DNA from: Bacteroidales bacterium
GTDB lineage: Bacteria > Bacteroidota > Bacteroidia > Bacteroidales > UBA12077
Direction: 5' to 3'
DNA: 64,000 nt
Assembly (NCBI GenBank): GCA_028282585.1
Contig: JANQHR010000021.1
Location: 19,905-83,904, forward strand
In this document: piece by piece, positions 39,397 to 48,594 of the stretch
Layout of the letters: every line of letters begins with the position of its first letter
Numbering within the stretch: position 1 is the stretch's first letter
Translations under genes and position numbers: made by a program
The notes under the pieces: generated by a model
Seen by the model: only the letters and a program-made list of their open reading frames with translations
Database searches by the model: none
What the model was told of the DNA's origin: nothing

Positions 39397-40944
39397 ATGA
39401 GACAATTTATTGAAAAAATCCGAAGAAAAATAAATAAGATTTTTGCGCGTTCGCTTGATTATGTTGAAATTATTGGAAACAAGTTGCCTCATCCTGCAAC
39501 TCTTTTTGCTATACTTGCATTGATAGTTGTTTTGATTTCTTGGCTAGGTTATGCTTTTAATGCTCACGCTATACATCCTGTTGACGGCTCTTTAATTGAA
39601 GCCCGAAATTTAATTAGCGCAGATGGTATCCGATGGATGTATACCAATCTTATAGAGAACTTTTTAAAATTTCCGCCGCTGGGTTATGTTCTTGTGGTTA
39701 TGATTGGTATTGGAGTTGCTGAAGGTTCGGGTTTATTTACTACTATGATACGGGCACTGGTTTTAAGTGCTCCTCCAAAATTAGTAACCGGAGCTATCGT
39801 ATTGGCAGGTATCCTTTCTCATTTAGCATCCGAAGCAGGCTATGTTGTTCTTATTCCTTTAGGTGCAATGATTTTTCACGCACTCGGGAGGCATCCTATG
39901 GCCGGACTGGCAGCAGCATTTTGTGGGGTAAGTGGAGGATTTGGAGCCAACTTTTTTATAGGTTCTATTGATCCGATATTAGCAGGTATTTCCGAATCGG
40001 CAGCACAGATGATTTTGCCTGAAATGAGAGTGAATCCTGCTGTAAACTATTATTTTATGTTTGTTTCCAGTTTTTTAGTGGTAATTGTTGGAACATGGGT
40101 TACCGAGAAAATAGTCGAACCCAGGTTAGGAAAATATGAGGGTAATGCAGAAAAGCTTCCGATTGATCAGTTAACAGTTAAAGAAAAGAAGGGTTTAAGA
40201 TATGCCGGATGGGGTTTATTGGCAACACTTATTGCTCTTGCTTTTACTATTATTCCAGAAAATGGAATTTTTAGAGATCCCGAAACAGGATCTGTACTTC
40301 ACTCTCCTTTTTTTAATGGAATTATCATAGCAATTTTGGTCATGTTTTTTATTCCGGGTATAATTTATGGAATTACTGTAGGAACAATTAAGAACGATAA
40401 AGATGTTGCCAAATACCTGGGTCAATCGATGAGTGGGATGGGAGGTTATATTGTACTGGTATTTTTTGCTGCGCAGTTTGTTTATTTTTTCAATCACAGT
40501 AACTTGGGAATTATTTTTGCAATTAAGGGAGCTCAAACACTTCAAAGTATAGGATTAACTGGCATATCGCTGATTGTAGCTTTTGTTCTTTTATCGGCCT
40601 TCATTAATATGTTTATGGGGAGTGCTTCGGCGAAATGGGCTATTATGGCTCCGGTATTTATACCGATGCTTATGCTAATAGACCCTGCATATCATCCGGG
40701 CTTAACACAAGCAGCATTTCGTATTGGCGACTCTGTTACAAACTTGATTACTCCTATGATGAGTTATTTCGCGTTAATTGTAACATTTGCTCAGAAATAC
40801 GATGAGAAATATGGCGTAGGTACAATTATATCATCTATGTTACCATATACGGTTATGTTAACGATTGGCTGGATCATATTACTTGTTATATGGATGTTAT
40901 TGGGAATTCCATTAGGGCCAGATGGACCATTGTACATTAATTGA
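39397..40944 (+). CDS. abgT: AbgT-family transporter
   Basis: GNKLPHP, GRHPMAGLAAAF, GSASAKWAIMAP, AFRIGDS.TN.ITPM. Confidence 0.93.
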   Translation: MRQFIEKIRRKINKIFARSLDYVEIIGNKLPHPATLFAILALIVVLISWLGYAFNAHAIHPVDGSLIEARNLISADGIRWMYTNLIENFLKFPPLGYVLVVMIGIGVAEGSGLFTTMIRALVLSAPPKLVTGAIVLAGILSHLASEAGYVVLIPLGAMIFHALGRHPMAGLAAAFCGVSGGFGANFFIGSIDPILAGISESAAQMILPEMRVNPAVNYYFMFVSSFLVVIVGTWVTEKIVEPRLGKYEGNAEKLPIDQLTVKEKKGLRYAGWGLLATLIALAFTIIPENGIFRDPETGSVLHSPFFNGIIIAILVMFFIPGIIYGITVGTIKNDKDVAKYLGQSMSGMGGYIVLVFFAAQFVYFFNHSNLGIIFAIKGAQTLQSIGLTGISLIVAFVLLSAFINMFMGSASAKWAIMAPVFIPMLMLIDPAYHPGLTQAAFRIGDSVTNLITPMMSYFALIVTFAQKYDEKYGVGTIISSMLPYTVMLTIGWIILLVIWMLLGIPLGPDGPLYIN

Positions 40945-40959
40945 TCATAAAAATTATAT

Positions 40960-40998
40960 AAGAGGCTTCTATCACATAAAATGGAAGCCTCTTTTTTT
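40960..40998. terminator. Terminator between convergent abgT and TBDR genes
   Basis: AAGAGGCTTCTAT/ATGGAAGCCTCTT stem plus T-tract. Confidence 0.8.
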
Positions 40999-41001
40999 AC
41001 T

Positions 41002-43371
41002 CTAGAACTGTATTGTATAAATTACTGTTGGAAAAATTGGTAACTGATAACCTTTTTCTACTTCCTGGCTAAAGTCGTCATAATATTCCATTACAAAGGC
41101 CTTGTTATTGGTTGCATTTTGAAAATCCAACTTAAATTCATGCGTTGTTTTTTCTCTGTTTCTGCGATAAGTTACAGCTAGGTTCATGATGAAAATATCA
41201 TCTGCTTTTTTACCATAATAATCTGTCTCATCATACGCGGTGTATCCTTTAGCAGTTGATTCATCCAGATCGACCGGATTATATCGGTGGCCACCGATAT
41301 AAGAAACTTTTGTATTAAATCCGAGTGTCCTATTTTTAGAGGCTTTACCTACTTTCCACTCTTTACCAAATAAAACATTGGTTGCGTAATTTCCGTTAAA
41401 TCTTGAGTTTCTTAATTCACCATCAAGAGCCTTAATTTTAGAATCATACAATGATCCCGTTACTAGGAAATAGTAATTATTGGAAAAAAATCGTTCCAGG
41501 GTAAGTTCTAAACCGTAATTATATCCTGTTCCTTCATTAACTAAATAGCGATTGGTATAACCACCTCTAATATTATTTAATGCAAACATACTATTAGGGT
41601 CGTTTTCGACTGCCAAATTATATAGGTATTGGTAGTAAACTTCGGCTTTTAAGTTTACGTTTTTGCTTATTCTGTTTGAATAACCGACTACATAGTGCAT
41701 AGATTTTGATAATCCCAGATTTTCATTAGGAATGGTAATTTCTCCTGTTGTTTCATCCTCAACTGAAGCAAAATAAGTAGATATACTTTCCACTTTACTA
41801 TGGATTCCAAAACCAAAACTCAAGGATTGTTTCGGTGTAAATCTCCAGTCTAAACCTATTCTGGGCTCAATAGAACTGCTATTATTTAATAAAAATTGCA
41901 TATAATGTAAACCGGAAACTAAAGTTAAATCTTCTGAGATACGATATTTCCAATTAGCATAAGCTTGAATTAACCCTGCTCTTCCGTCGGTATCTAATTC
42001 CGTAAAAAATGATCCGGAACCAAGAGCATCTTCTCGTGCAAACATATCGTAACCTAGGTCAGAATAAATTACACCAGCTTTAATTCTGTGTTTAGCATTT
42101 ATTTTAGTATTGATATTTGTTGAAGCACGTAAGTTTGTGTTCAAAAATTCATCATAATAAGCTAGATACCAATCACCATTATCATAACGTTTTTTATATT
42201 CATTATCATTTCTGGTTCCTGAAGCGGAAACATAAGTTGTGATAAATGTTTTATCATTAACTGGGTATATATGTTTGATAGCTCCAAAACCAACATCTGC
42301 ACCAAAATCAGAAGTTCGCGTTAAAGAATCTTCATTTTCTTCTGCAAAATCTTCCTGGAATATACTGCTTATTCCACCAAAACCTAAGATTTGAAAAGTC
42401 CCTGCTTTTTTAGTTGGTAAATGAAATTTGAAAGCAATATCCTGGTATTTAGGTACACCGTAATAATCTACAATACCAGCTTGGTCTAAGAGGTCTAAAG
42501 AAGAGTATCTATAATTTATTAAGTATGATCCTTTATAATTCTTGCTAAAAGGTCCTTCAAGTGTTGCTTCCATACCGATTACTCCTAATGAAGCAGAGTA
42601 TTCTCTTTTTTCGTTATTACCATTGCGTAATTTCATATCAAAAACACCAGAATAGGCATTACCATATTCCGGAGCAAATGCACCCGAAAAGAAATCAGAA
42701 TTATTTAGCATTGCACTGTTTAGAGCATTAATGGGTCCTCCTGTTGATCCCTCATCAGCAAAGTGATTTGGATTTGGAATATCCATACCGTCTAATTTCC
42801 ATAATATTCCCTTTGGAGAATTTCCTCTTACTACAATATCATTGTTTCCCATAGCATCACCTGTAACACCGGCATATCCGGAAACCATTCTAGCCGGATC
42901 ATTGAAAGAGCCGGCATATCTTTTTGTTTCTTCAACTGAAAAGGCTTTAGCACTAACCATGGCCATTTCATTTAATGGCTCAGATTTATGACCATTGGCT
43001 ATAATTACAACATCTTCCAATTGTATTAATGATTCAGCTAACTCAATTTCAAGTACAATTTCTTTTCCTGAACCAACAAGGATATTGGGAATTACTTTTT
43101 CTTCATAACCAAGACACGTTACTTTAAGATCAACTCGACCAACATGAACATGATCTATTCTGAAGTAACCATCAACATCTGAACTTGTTCCCTGAATCGG
43201 GTCACTATTTACAAGAATGATATTTGCTCCAACCAAAGGTGCTTTAGAGTCCTGGTCAATTATCTGACCACGAATAGTTTGTGTTTGCATGTTGGTACTA
43301 GTTGCAAAACTTCCAACAGTAATTATTAATAGCAGTAAAGTTGCTGTTATTTTGTTTTTTAATTTTTTCAT
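41002..43371 (-). CDS. TonB-dependent receptor with carboxypeptidase-regulatory-like N-domain (no STN, no SusD)
   Basis: Signal peptide, IRGQIID..PLVGA, plug NDIVVRGNSP..PNPNHF, EPRIG, ends in Phe. Confidence 0.9.
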   Translation of the reverse strand: MKKLKNKITATLLLLIITVGSFATSTNMQTQTIRGQIIDQDSKAPLVGANIILVNSDPIQGTSSDVDGYFRIDHVHVGRVDLKVTCLGYEEKVIPNILVGSGKEIVLEIELAESLIQLEDVVIIANGHKSEPLNEMAMVSAKAFSVEETKRYAGSFNDPARMVSGYAGVTGDAMGNNDIVVRGNSPKGILWKLDGMDIPNPNHFADEGSTGGPINALNSAMLNNSDFFSGAFAPEYGNAYSGVFDMKLRNGNNEKREYSASLGVIGMEATLEGPFSKNYKGSYLINYRYSSLDLLDQAGIVDYYGVPKYQDIAFKFHLPTKKAGTFQILGFGGISSIFQEDFAEENEDSLTRTSDFGADVGFGAIKHIYPVNDKTFITTYVSASGTRNDNEYKKRYDNGDWYLAYYDEFLNTNLRASTNINTKINAKHRIKAGVIYSDLGYDMFAREDALGSGSFFTELDTDGRAGLIQAYANWKYRISEDLTLVSGLHYMQFLLNNSSSIEPRIGLDWRFTPKQSLSFGFGIHSKVESISTYFASVEDETTGEITIPNENLGLSKSMHYVVGYSNRISKNVNLKAEVYYQYLYNLAVENDPNSMFALNNIRGGYTNRYLVNEGTGYNYGLELTLERFFSNNYYFLVTGSLYDSKIKALDGELRNSRFNGNYATNVLFGKEWKVGKASKNRTLGFNTKVSYIGGHRYNPVDLDESTAKGYTAYDETDYYGKKADDIFIMNLAVTYRRNREKTTHEFKLDFQNATNNKAFVMEYYDDFSQEVEKGYQLPIFPTVIYTIQF

Positions 43372-43442
43372 TTTCTTAATTATTAAATTTTTGATTTCTT
43401 GATTTACTCACTCACATGTGCCTTCGCGCGTGCCTGTTCGTG

Positions 43443-43528
43443 AACTTCCATGCCTTATTTCTAAACTAGTAGCTTATTAATTATTTGTTTTGTTTCATTT
43501 GCTATTGATCTCTGTTTGCATGGAAGTT
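43443..43528. repeat. 11-bp inverted repeat pair in the TBDR leader
   Basis: AACTTCCATGC (43443-43453) / GCATGGAAGTT (43518-43528). Confidence 0.7.
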
Positions 43529-43569
43529 TCATGATTCCTAAAAATTTTATAGTTCGATATTTTATTTGA

Positions 43570-44892
43570 TTAAAATCTTATACCTGCTGTGAAACCTGGA
43601 TACATTTTTACATTGGTTTCGGCATCATAAGTTTTGTTAAATGTATAATATGGTGAAATTGAAGATTTAAATGTATGTCCATCATTATCTTCCAATTCAG
43701 AAACATTTACATTCCAGCTTGCACCTCCAAATACTTCTATATTTTCAGAAACTTTTTTTGATGCAGTTATCTGAAGTTTATTGTTTAGGTTTAGCACTTC
43801 GGTAAACCACTCATCTTCATTAATGTGATAGGATAGAAGTTCGATCGCAACATTCCATTCTTCTTTCACCGGTATTATGGTTCCAATACCATAACCCCAA
43901 CCCCAATAAATTTTATTATTGTGAATGCTTGAACCTACGGAAATAATGTTGTAGAACCTTTTAACTCCGGTTTTAAAGCTGAATACGCCATATAAAGTTT
44001 CGTTTGCACTAATTTCAAATGCTCTATAACCATTTCTTACAATACTAAAAACTCCTATTGGTATACCATTTTCTAAAGTGTCAACATAGTTAAAAGGAGC
44101 AATTTGTATACCATTTAGTTTTTTGGTATAGTTTGAAAACCCAGCTAATTGGATACCTTTTAATCTTCCAACATTAACATTAGAAAATCCTGTAATCTGT
44201 CCTATATCACTACCTTTAGAATAGTTGGTAAAGGCAGATATTTGCATTTTATTGATTTTTTCAACCGATATATTTGCGAATCCAGCGAATTGTAAACCAT
44301 TCAGTGAGTCTAAAGCAACATTGGCGAAACCTGCAGCTTGTAATCCTTTATAGGTATTGTTAGCATAGTTTAAGAAACCGGCAATTTGAACTCCATTTCC
44401 TTTTCCCATTATTAAATTACCAAAACCTGCAATTTGGGTTCCTATCATATCATTTTTTAACATACTTCCAAAACCTGAAACCTCCACACCATCTAATCCG
44501 CCATTATATCCAGCATATAAGTTGATAGAAACATTGTTTGCAGTATTCCAGGCTTCCAGGCCATTTGTTCCTAAAGGAGTTACTAATGTGATTTGGAATG
44601 GTCGTATTTTAGTTTCTTGGTTTTCTTCTTGTCCCTGAACATTAAATCCAAGAGTTGTTAAATAAATTAATGCTAATAACATTCCTAGTGATTTCATATT
44701 CCCCGTCTGCCAACGAGAAGATTTTGTATTTTTTTTATGATATTCTTCTGCACGTTTAGCCATCATTGCGAACTGTGCAAACAGAAATAAGCTTCTGGGG
44801 AAAAATCCCAAAGTGAATTCCGTTTCTTTGATTTGTTTCTTATTTGTTTTCATTTTTATTCTGTTTTGAAAATTGTTATTGCGTTTAATCAT
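43570..44892 (-). CDS. LA_2272-like GxQxxGFxN repeat outer-membrane protein (true start probably 44853 or 44697)
   Basis: About 9 repeats of 15-16 aa, C-terminal amphipathic strands ending GIRF, signal-peptide-like MKSLGMLLALIYL. Confidence 0.75.
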   Translation of the reverse strand: MIKRNNNFQNRIKMKTNKKQIKETEFTLGFFPRSLFLFAQFAMMAKRAEEYHKKNTKSSRWQTGNMKSLGMLLALIYLTTLGFNVQGQEENQETKIRPFQITLVTPLGTNGLEAWNTANNVSINLYAGYNGGLDGVEVSGFGSMLKNDMIGTQIAGFGNLIMGKGNGVQIAGFLNYANNTYKGLQAAGFANVALDSLNGLQFAGFANISVEKINKMQISAFTNYSKGSDIGQITGFSNVNVGRLKGIQLAGFSNYTKKLNGIQIAPFNYVDTLENGIPIGVFSIVRNGYRAFEISANETLYGVFSFKTGVKRFYNIISVGSSIHNNKIYWGWGYGIGTIIPVKEEWNVAIELLSYHINEDEWFTEVLNLNNKLQITASKKVSENIEVFGGASWNVNVSELEDNDGHTFKSSISPYYTFNKTYDAETNVKMYPGFTAGIRF

Positions 44893-44896
44893 AAGG

Positions 44897-44927
44897 ATGA
44901 CAACCCGGTTTTGAGTTACCTCTATCC
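44897..44927 (-). promoter_or_regulatory. Candidate ECF sigma promoter GGATAGAGG-N14-GTTGTCAT
   Basis: Both boxes and the spacing are identical to 48564-48594. Confidence 0.75.
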
Positions 44928-45021
44928 GAAAGCAAAAAAAATTGAAAAAAATTCAATGAATTTGACAAACGTCAAAAAATCAGAATGTTGAGAAATATAT
45001 TTTCTAAAAAAAAGTTGAGTT

Positions 45022-47052
45022 TTATAGGGTAAGTGAAGCTCCGAAAACGCCACCTATCCACATTTTAATTTGGGTATTAGAAATTGTTTCGTTGTAAAAG
45101 GAGTAAGGTGCCAGATTTTTGAAAATACCGTTTTCTGAATAAACATTGGAAACATTTAATGATGGACCGGCAAATAATGAGAGGTAATTACCTAAATTTA
45201 TATCAAGTTTGGAAGTAAGTTTATTGATGTTTCCAACATAATTAAAAGAATCATTCAAGTCAACCATTAAATCAGATGATAATTCGAGATTCAGTTTATA
45301 TTTTTCTCCAAATTTCCATTGTGTTCCCATACCGTAACCTGCCGAAACAAATTCGTTAAAACCATAACCGATTTGGATCATATTGTAAAATTTAGGTATA
45401 CCCATTTTATAAGAAGTTCGGATCATCAAAAGTTCATCGGTTGAAACCTCAAAACGATGTAAACCCTTTTTTACAAAAGAAAAAACTCCAATTGGTAATC
45501 CGCTTTCGACAGTGTCAGAAACATTTAAAATTGCTAACTGATACCCATTAACCTTGTTAGCATAATTAAAATATCCTGCTAATTGAATTCCGTTTAAATC
45601 TTCGATGGCTATATTTACAGCACCTGCTAATTGATATTTACCTCCTGTTTTTCCATAGTTAATACCTCCTGCAATTTGTCCACCTGAAACTTCATTTTGA
45701 GATACATTCGCAAATCCTGCAACTTGAAAACCTTTTACAGATTTTCCATAATTTGCAAATCCAGACATTTGTCCCCAGTTTACATCACCCATAGCAAAAT
45801 TAGCAAAACCTGCCGCTTGCCCTCCATCTACATTATTACAATAATTTGCAAAACCTGCTAATTGTCCCAATTTAACATCTTTAATTGCAACATTTACAAA
45901 TCCTGTTAATTGAATACCATCAACATTTTGGGTTGTAACATTATTGAATCCGGAGATTTGGATTCCATTCATGTAACCATGAAGTGTATTGTTAAATCCA
46001 GCTAACTGAACACCAGTAAGAGTGTCCAATACAACATTACTCATTCCTCCAATTTGTGTTCCAGTTACAGATCCACTATTTAAATTAAAGAATCCAGCTA
46101 ATTGGAAAGGATTGGTATTTCCACCTACAATGTTGGCAAAACCTCCAATTTGAGCACCATAAACATCTCGGCGTACAATATTAACTAATCCGCCAATTTC
46201 GGTACCATTAATTCCTCCAGAATATCCAGCTAAAACATTAAATGAAAATGTATTGTCAACAGAACCACTTAATTTCCTATTAGTTCCTAAATAAGGTACA
46301 AATGAAACTTGGAAAATCCTTTTATCATAAATGACGAGGTTATCTGAAATGATTTTAGATTCATCAGGAACAAGGATATCTACCAATGCGCGGTTATGCA
46401 TGTCTTCCATTTTTACATGAACTGATTTCATCTTTTCCAATCGAGCATCATTTGGGTTTAAATAAATGTTAAAACTTTTCCTGTAAGCTGGTTCAACCAT
46501 GATAACCGTGTCAAGGTATCCTTTTTTACTATAGCTTAATCCGTGTATTTCTTTTTCATAAGGGATTTTGATAGAATAATAGCCCTCTGAATTTGATAAT
46601 GCCACTACTCTTCCTTCTACTTCATAAATGGTTGCTTCTTGAATTTTTTTTCCTGTTTGCGAATCGATTATATATCCTGTAATTATATACTCATTAGGTT
46701 GATTATTTGCCAATGCCCGTTTTGGAGGGTTCTTTTTATTTAGTATTACATGAGACCCTACGATTTTGTAATTGACCGAGTTATCAAAAAGTATATCTAA
46801 TGTTTTAGCAAGTGATTTATTTTCTGATTGTAGAGAAACCAACCTTTGTTCATCAAAGTTTTTTGAATTGTAAGAAAAGGTGAAACCTCCCTTTTCTGAA
46901 ATTTCAGCAAGTGCCTTTTCCAAGGGGATATCTGAAAAGGAAACAGAAATTCTTTTATATAGATAATTGGATTGTGAGAAAGAAGTATTACTAGAAAGAA
47001 TAAATAAAACGATTACTATATAAAACTTAGATATTTTTCTCCGTGCACCCAT
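45022..47052 (-). CDS. STN + carboxypeptidase-regulatory-like + LA_2272-like repeat outer-membrane protein
   Basis: STN-like PLEKALAEIS...FSYNS...LDILF..YKIVGSHVIL, ITGYIIDSQTG..ATIY, about 15 GxQxxGFxN repeats. Confidence 0.8.
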   Translation of the reverse strand: MGARRKISKFYIVIVLFILSSNTSFSQSNYLYKRISVSFSDIPLEKALAEISEKGGFTFSYNSKNFDEQRLVSLQSENKSLAKTLDILFDNSVNYKIVGSHVILNKKNPPKRALANNQPNEYIITGYIIDSQTGKKIQEATIYEVEGRVVALSNSEGYYSIKIPYEKEIHGLSYSKKGYLDTVIMVEPAYRKSFNIYLNPNDARLEKMKSVHVKMEDMHNRALVDILVPDESKIISDNLVIYDKRIFQVSFVPYLGTNRKLSGSVDNTFSFNVLAGYSGGINGTEIGGLVNIVRRDVYGAQIGGFANIVGGNTNPFQLAGFFNLNSGSVTGTQIGGMSNVVLDTLTGVQLAGFNNTLHGYMNGIQISGFNNVTTQNVDGIQLTGFVNVAIKDVKLGQLAGFANYCNNVDGGQAAGFANFAMGDVNWGQMSGFANYGKSVKGFQVAGFANVSQNEVSGGQIAGGINYGKTGGKYQLAGAVNIAIEDLNGIQLAGYFNYANKVNGYQLAILNVSDTVESGLPIGVFSFVKKGLHRFEVSTDELLMIRTSYKMGIPKFYNMIQIGYGFNEFVSAGYGMGTQWKFGEKYKLNLELSSDLMVDLNDSFNYVGNINKLTSKLDINLGNYLSLFAGPSLNVSNVYSENGIFKNLAPYSFYNETISNTQIKMWIGGVFGASLTL

Positions 47053-48058
47053 TTCCTTTTATTGTAAATGTGTTGTTTTCTTTGGTATATTCAAATTCGA
47101 AGGTTGCTGCTATTACTTCAATAATATCATCAATTGAATTATTTGAGAATGTTGTTGATAAACGGCACTCATAAATGCGTTCATCACTCACCTTGATTTC
47201 AATATTATAGTAATTCTCAAGTAAGCCAAATACTTTCTTAAGGTCCGTATCTGTAAATATCAATGTGTAATCCATCCAGAATAATTCATCTGGAATGCTT
47301 TCAGTTACATATATTGGTTCACGCTTTTCTTTTGACACTTTACCTTTTTCACCAGCCTTAAGCAGAATAGAAGTTGTATCCATGGTTTCAGAGTTAACCG
47401 TAAATAGTTGAACTAAACCATCTGTTACAATTACTTCAATTTCTGAATTTTCGTAAGCTTTAACGTTAAATGAAGTACCCAAGACTTTTACAAAAGCATT
47501 TTCAGCTTCAATTATAAATGGTTTTTCAGGATTATGCTCAACCTCGAAATATGCCTCACCCTTAAGTTTAACCCGTCTTTCGTTTTTAGCGAATTTTTCA
47601 GGATAAGTTATGTTTGTATTTGAATTTAATGCAATATTTGAACCATCTGGCAACGTTTCACGTAGGACTTCTTCTGCACTTGCAACTATAAGTTGTTGAG
47701 GTTGTTTAATAAGTAATTGGTAAACCCCAAATAAGACAACAATTGCAGCTGCGATGCCCGAAGAAATTAAAGTAAATCTTGATTTGAGAGAAATTGTTTT
47801 AGTTGACTTTTGTCCTTCTTCGTACTGGTCAATCCTATCAGACATTTTTTTCCATACCGACGGTGTATCAACAGCAACAGGATTGGGAGTAAGTTTTCCG
47901 GCTTCCGCCCAAACAGCTTCGTAGCTATCTAACAATTTTCGATTCTCATCAGACATTTCAATCCAGTCCTGAACTTGCAACAATTCATCTTTACTTGCTT
48001 CTCCAAGTAAGAATCTTAGAAGTAGCTTATCATCAATATGTCCAGAGTTTTTATTCAA
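47027..48058 (-). CDS. fecR: FecR-family anti-sigma factor
   Basis: One TM, LPDGS.IALN, RRVKLKGEAYFEV, VKVLGTSFNV. Confidence 0.95.
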   Translation of the reverse strand: MNKNSGHIDDKLLLRFLLGEASKDELLQVQDWIEMSDENRKLLDSYEAVWAEAGKLTPNPVAVDTPSVWKKMSDRIDQYEEGQKSTKTISLKSRFTLISSGIAAAIVVLFGVYQLLIKQPQQLIVASAEEVLRETLPDGSNIALNSNTNITYPEKFAKNERRVKLKGEAYFEVEHNPEKPFIIEAENAFVKVLGTSFNVKAYENSEIEVIVTDGLVQLFTVNSETMDTTSILLKAGEKGKVSKEKREPIYVTESIPDELFWMDYTLIFTDTDLKKVFGLLENYYNIEIKVSDERIYECRLSTTFSNNSIDDIIEVIAATFEFEYTKENNTFTIKGNGCTEKNI

Positions 48059-48092
48059 GGGCTTTTCTTATAATTTTAATTTTACTTTTTAT

Positions 48093-48129
48093 GATTTCAG
48101 ATTATGTGATTAACGTTGATGATTTTTGA
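48093..48129. repeat. Downstream periodic inverted-repeat arm of the four-helix-bundle cassette
   Basis: GATTTCAGA (48093), GATTAACG (48108), GATTTTTGA (48121); complementary to the upstream arm. Confidence 0.7.
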
Positions 48130-48495
48130 TTTGTTACGTTCAATATTCTTTTGAGCCGTTTCAGCACTTTTTACGAATATCGAAATTAACTCATCATTTT
48201 CTTTTAATGCCTTTTGTAACTTGTCTTCTGTTTTATACAATTGGGTCCTATGAATCAATTTTAAGCAAACAAAAGTTTCTCTTAATTCCTTAAGTACGAC
48301 TTTTATTTTATGTATAAAATCTTTTCTTGATTCTCCACTTTGCGCTTCTCCATAATTTAGTGCAGGTGAAGTTCCAGAGCGAACCAATTGACCCGATAGA
48401 TGATTACCTGCTTTTGTATTAGGCATTTCATTTACAATTTCTATAATTAAAACTGCAAAATTTATTAATCGTTCTTCTGGTTCAAATCTATTCAT
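48097..48495 (-). CDS. Four helix bundle protein (23S-IVS/Avd-like family)
   Basis: QLVRSGTSPALNYGEAQSGESRKDFIHK...KELRET signature. Confidence 0.92.
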   Translation of the reverse strand: MNRFEPEERLINFAVLIIEIVNEMPNTKAGNHLSGQLVRSGTSPALNYGEAQSGESRKDFIHKIKVVLKELRETFVCLKLIHRTQLYKTEDKLQKALKENDELISIFVKSAETAQKNIERNKSKIINVNHII

Positions 48496-48504
48496 CTGAT
48501 TTAT

Positions 48505-48541
48505 TCTAAAATCTTTATTCGTTAATCCTTGTTCTTAAATC
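48505..48541. repeat. Upstream 14-nt-periodic repeat arm of the four-helix-bundle cassette
   Basis: TCTAAAATC, CGTTAATC, TCTTAAATC ending at 48513, 48527, 48541. Confidence 0.7.
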
Positions 48542-48563
48542 ATTTACATAACTATCCATTATT

Positions 48564-48594
48564 ATGACAACTCAAATTTGATTTGCCTCTATCC
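48564..48594 (-). promoter_or_regulatory. Candidate ECF sigma promoter overlapping the sigma stop codon
   Basis: GGATAGAGG-N14-GTTGTCAT; the TAG in the -35 box is the sigma stop. Confidence 0.75.

Noticed and set aside
43570-47052. Repetitive DNA as a possible CRISPR array
   Set aside because: These are protein-coding repeats with divergent DNA, with no identical repeats or spacers.
48097-48495. Diversity-generating retroelement (Avd-like gene)
   Set aside because: No reverse transcriptase, and I saw no TR/VR pair with adenine-specific mismatches in the window.
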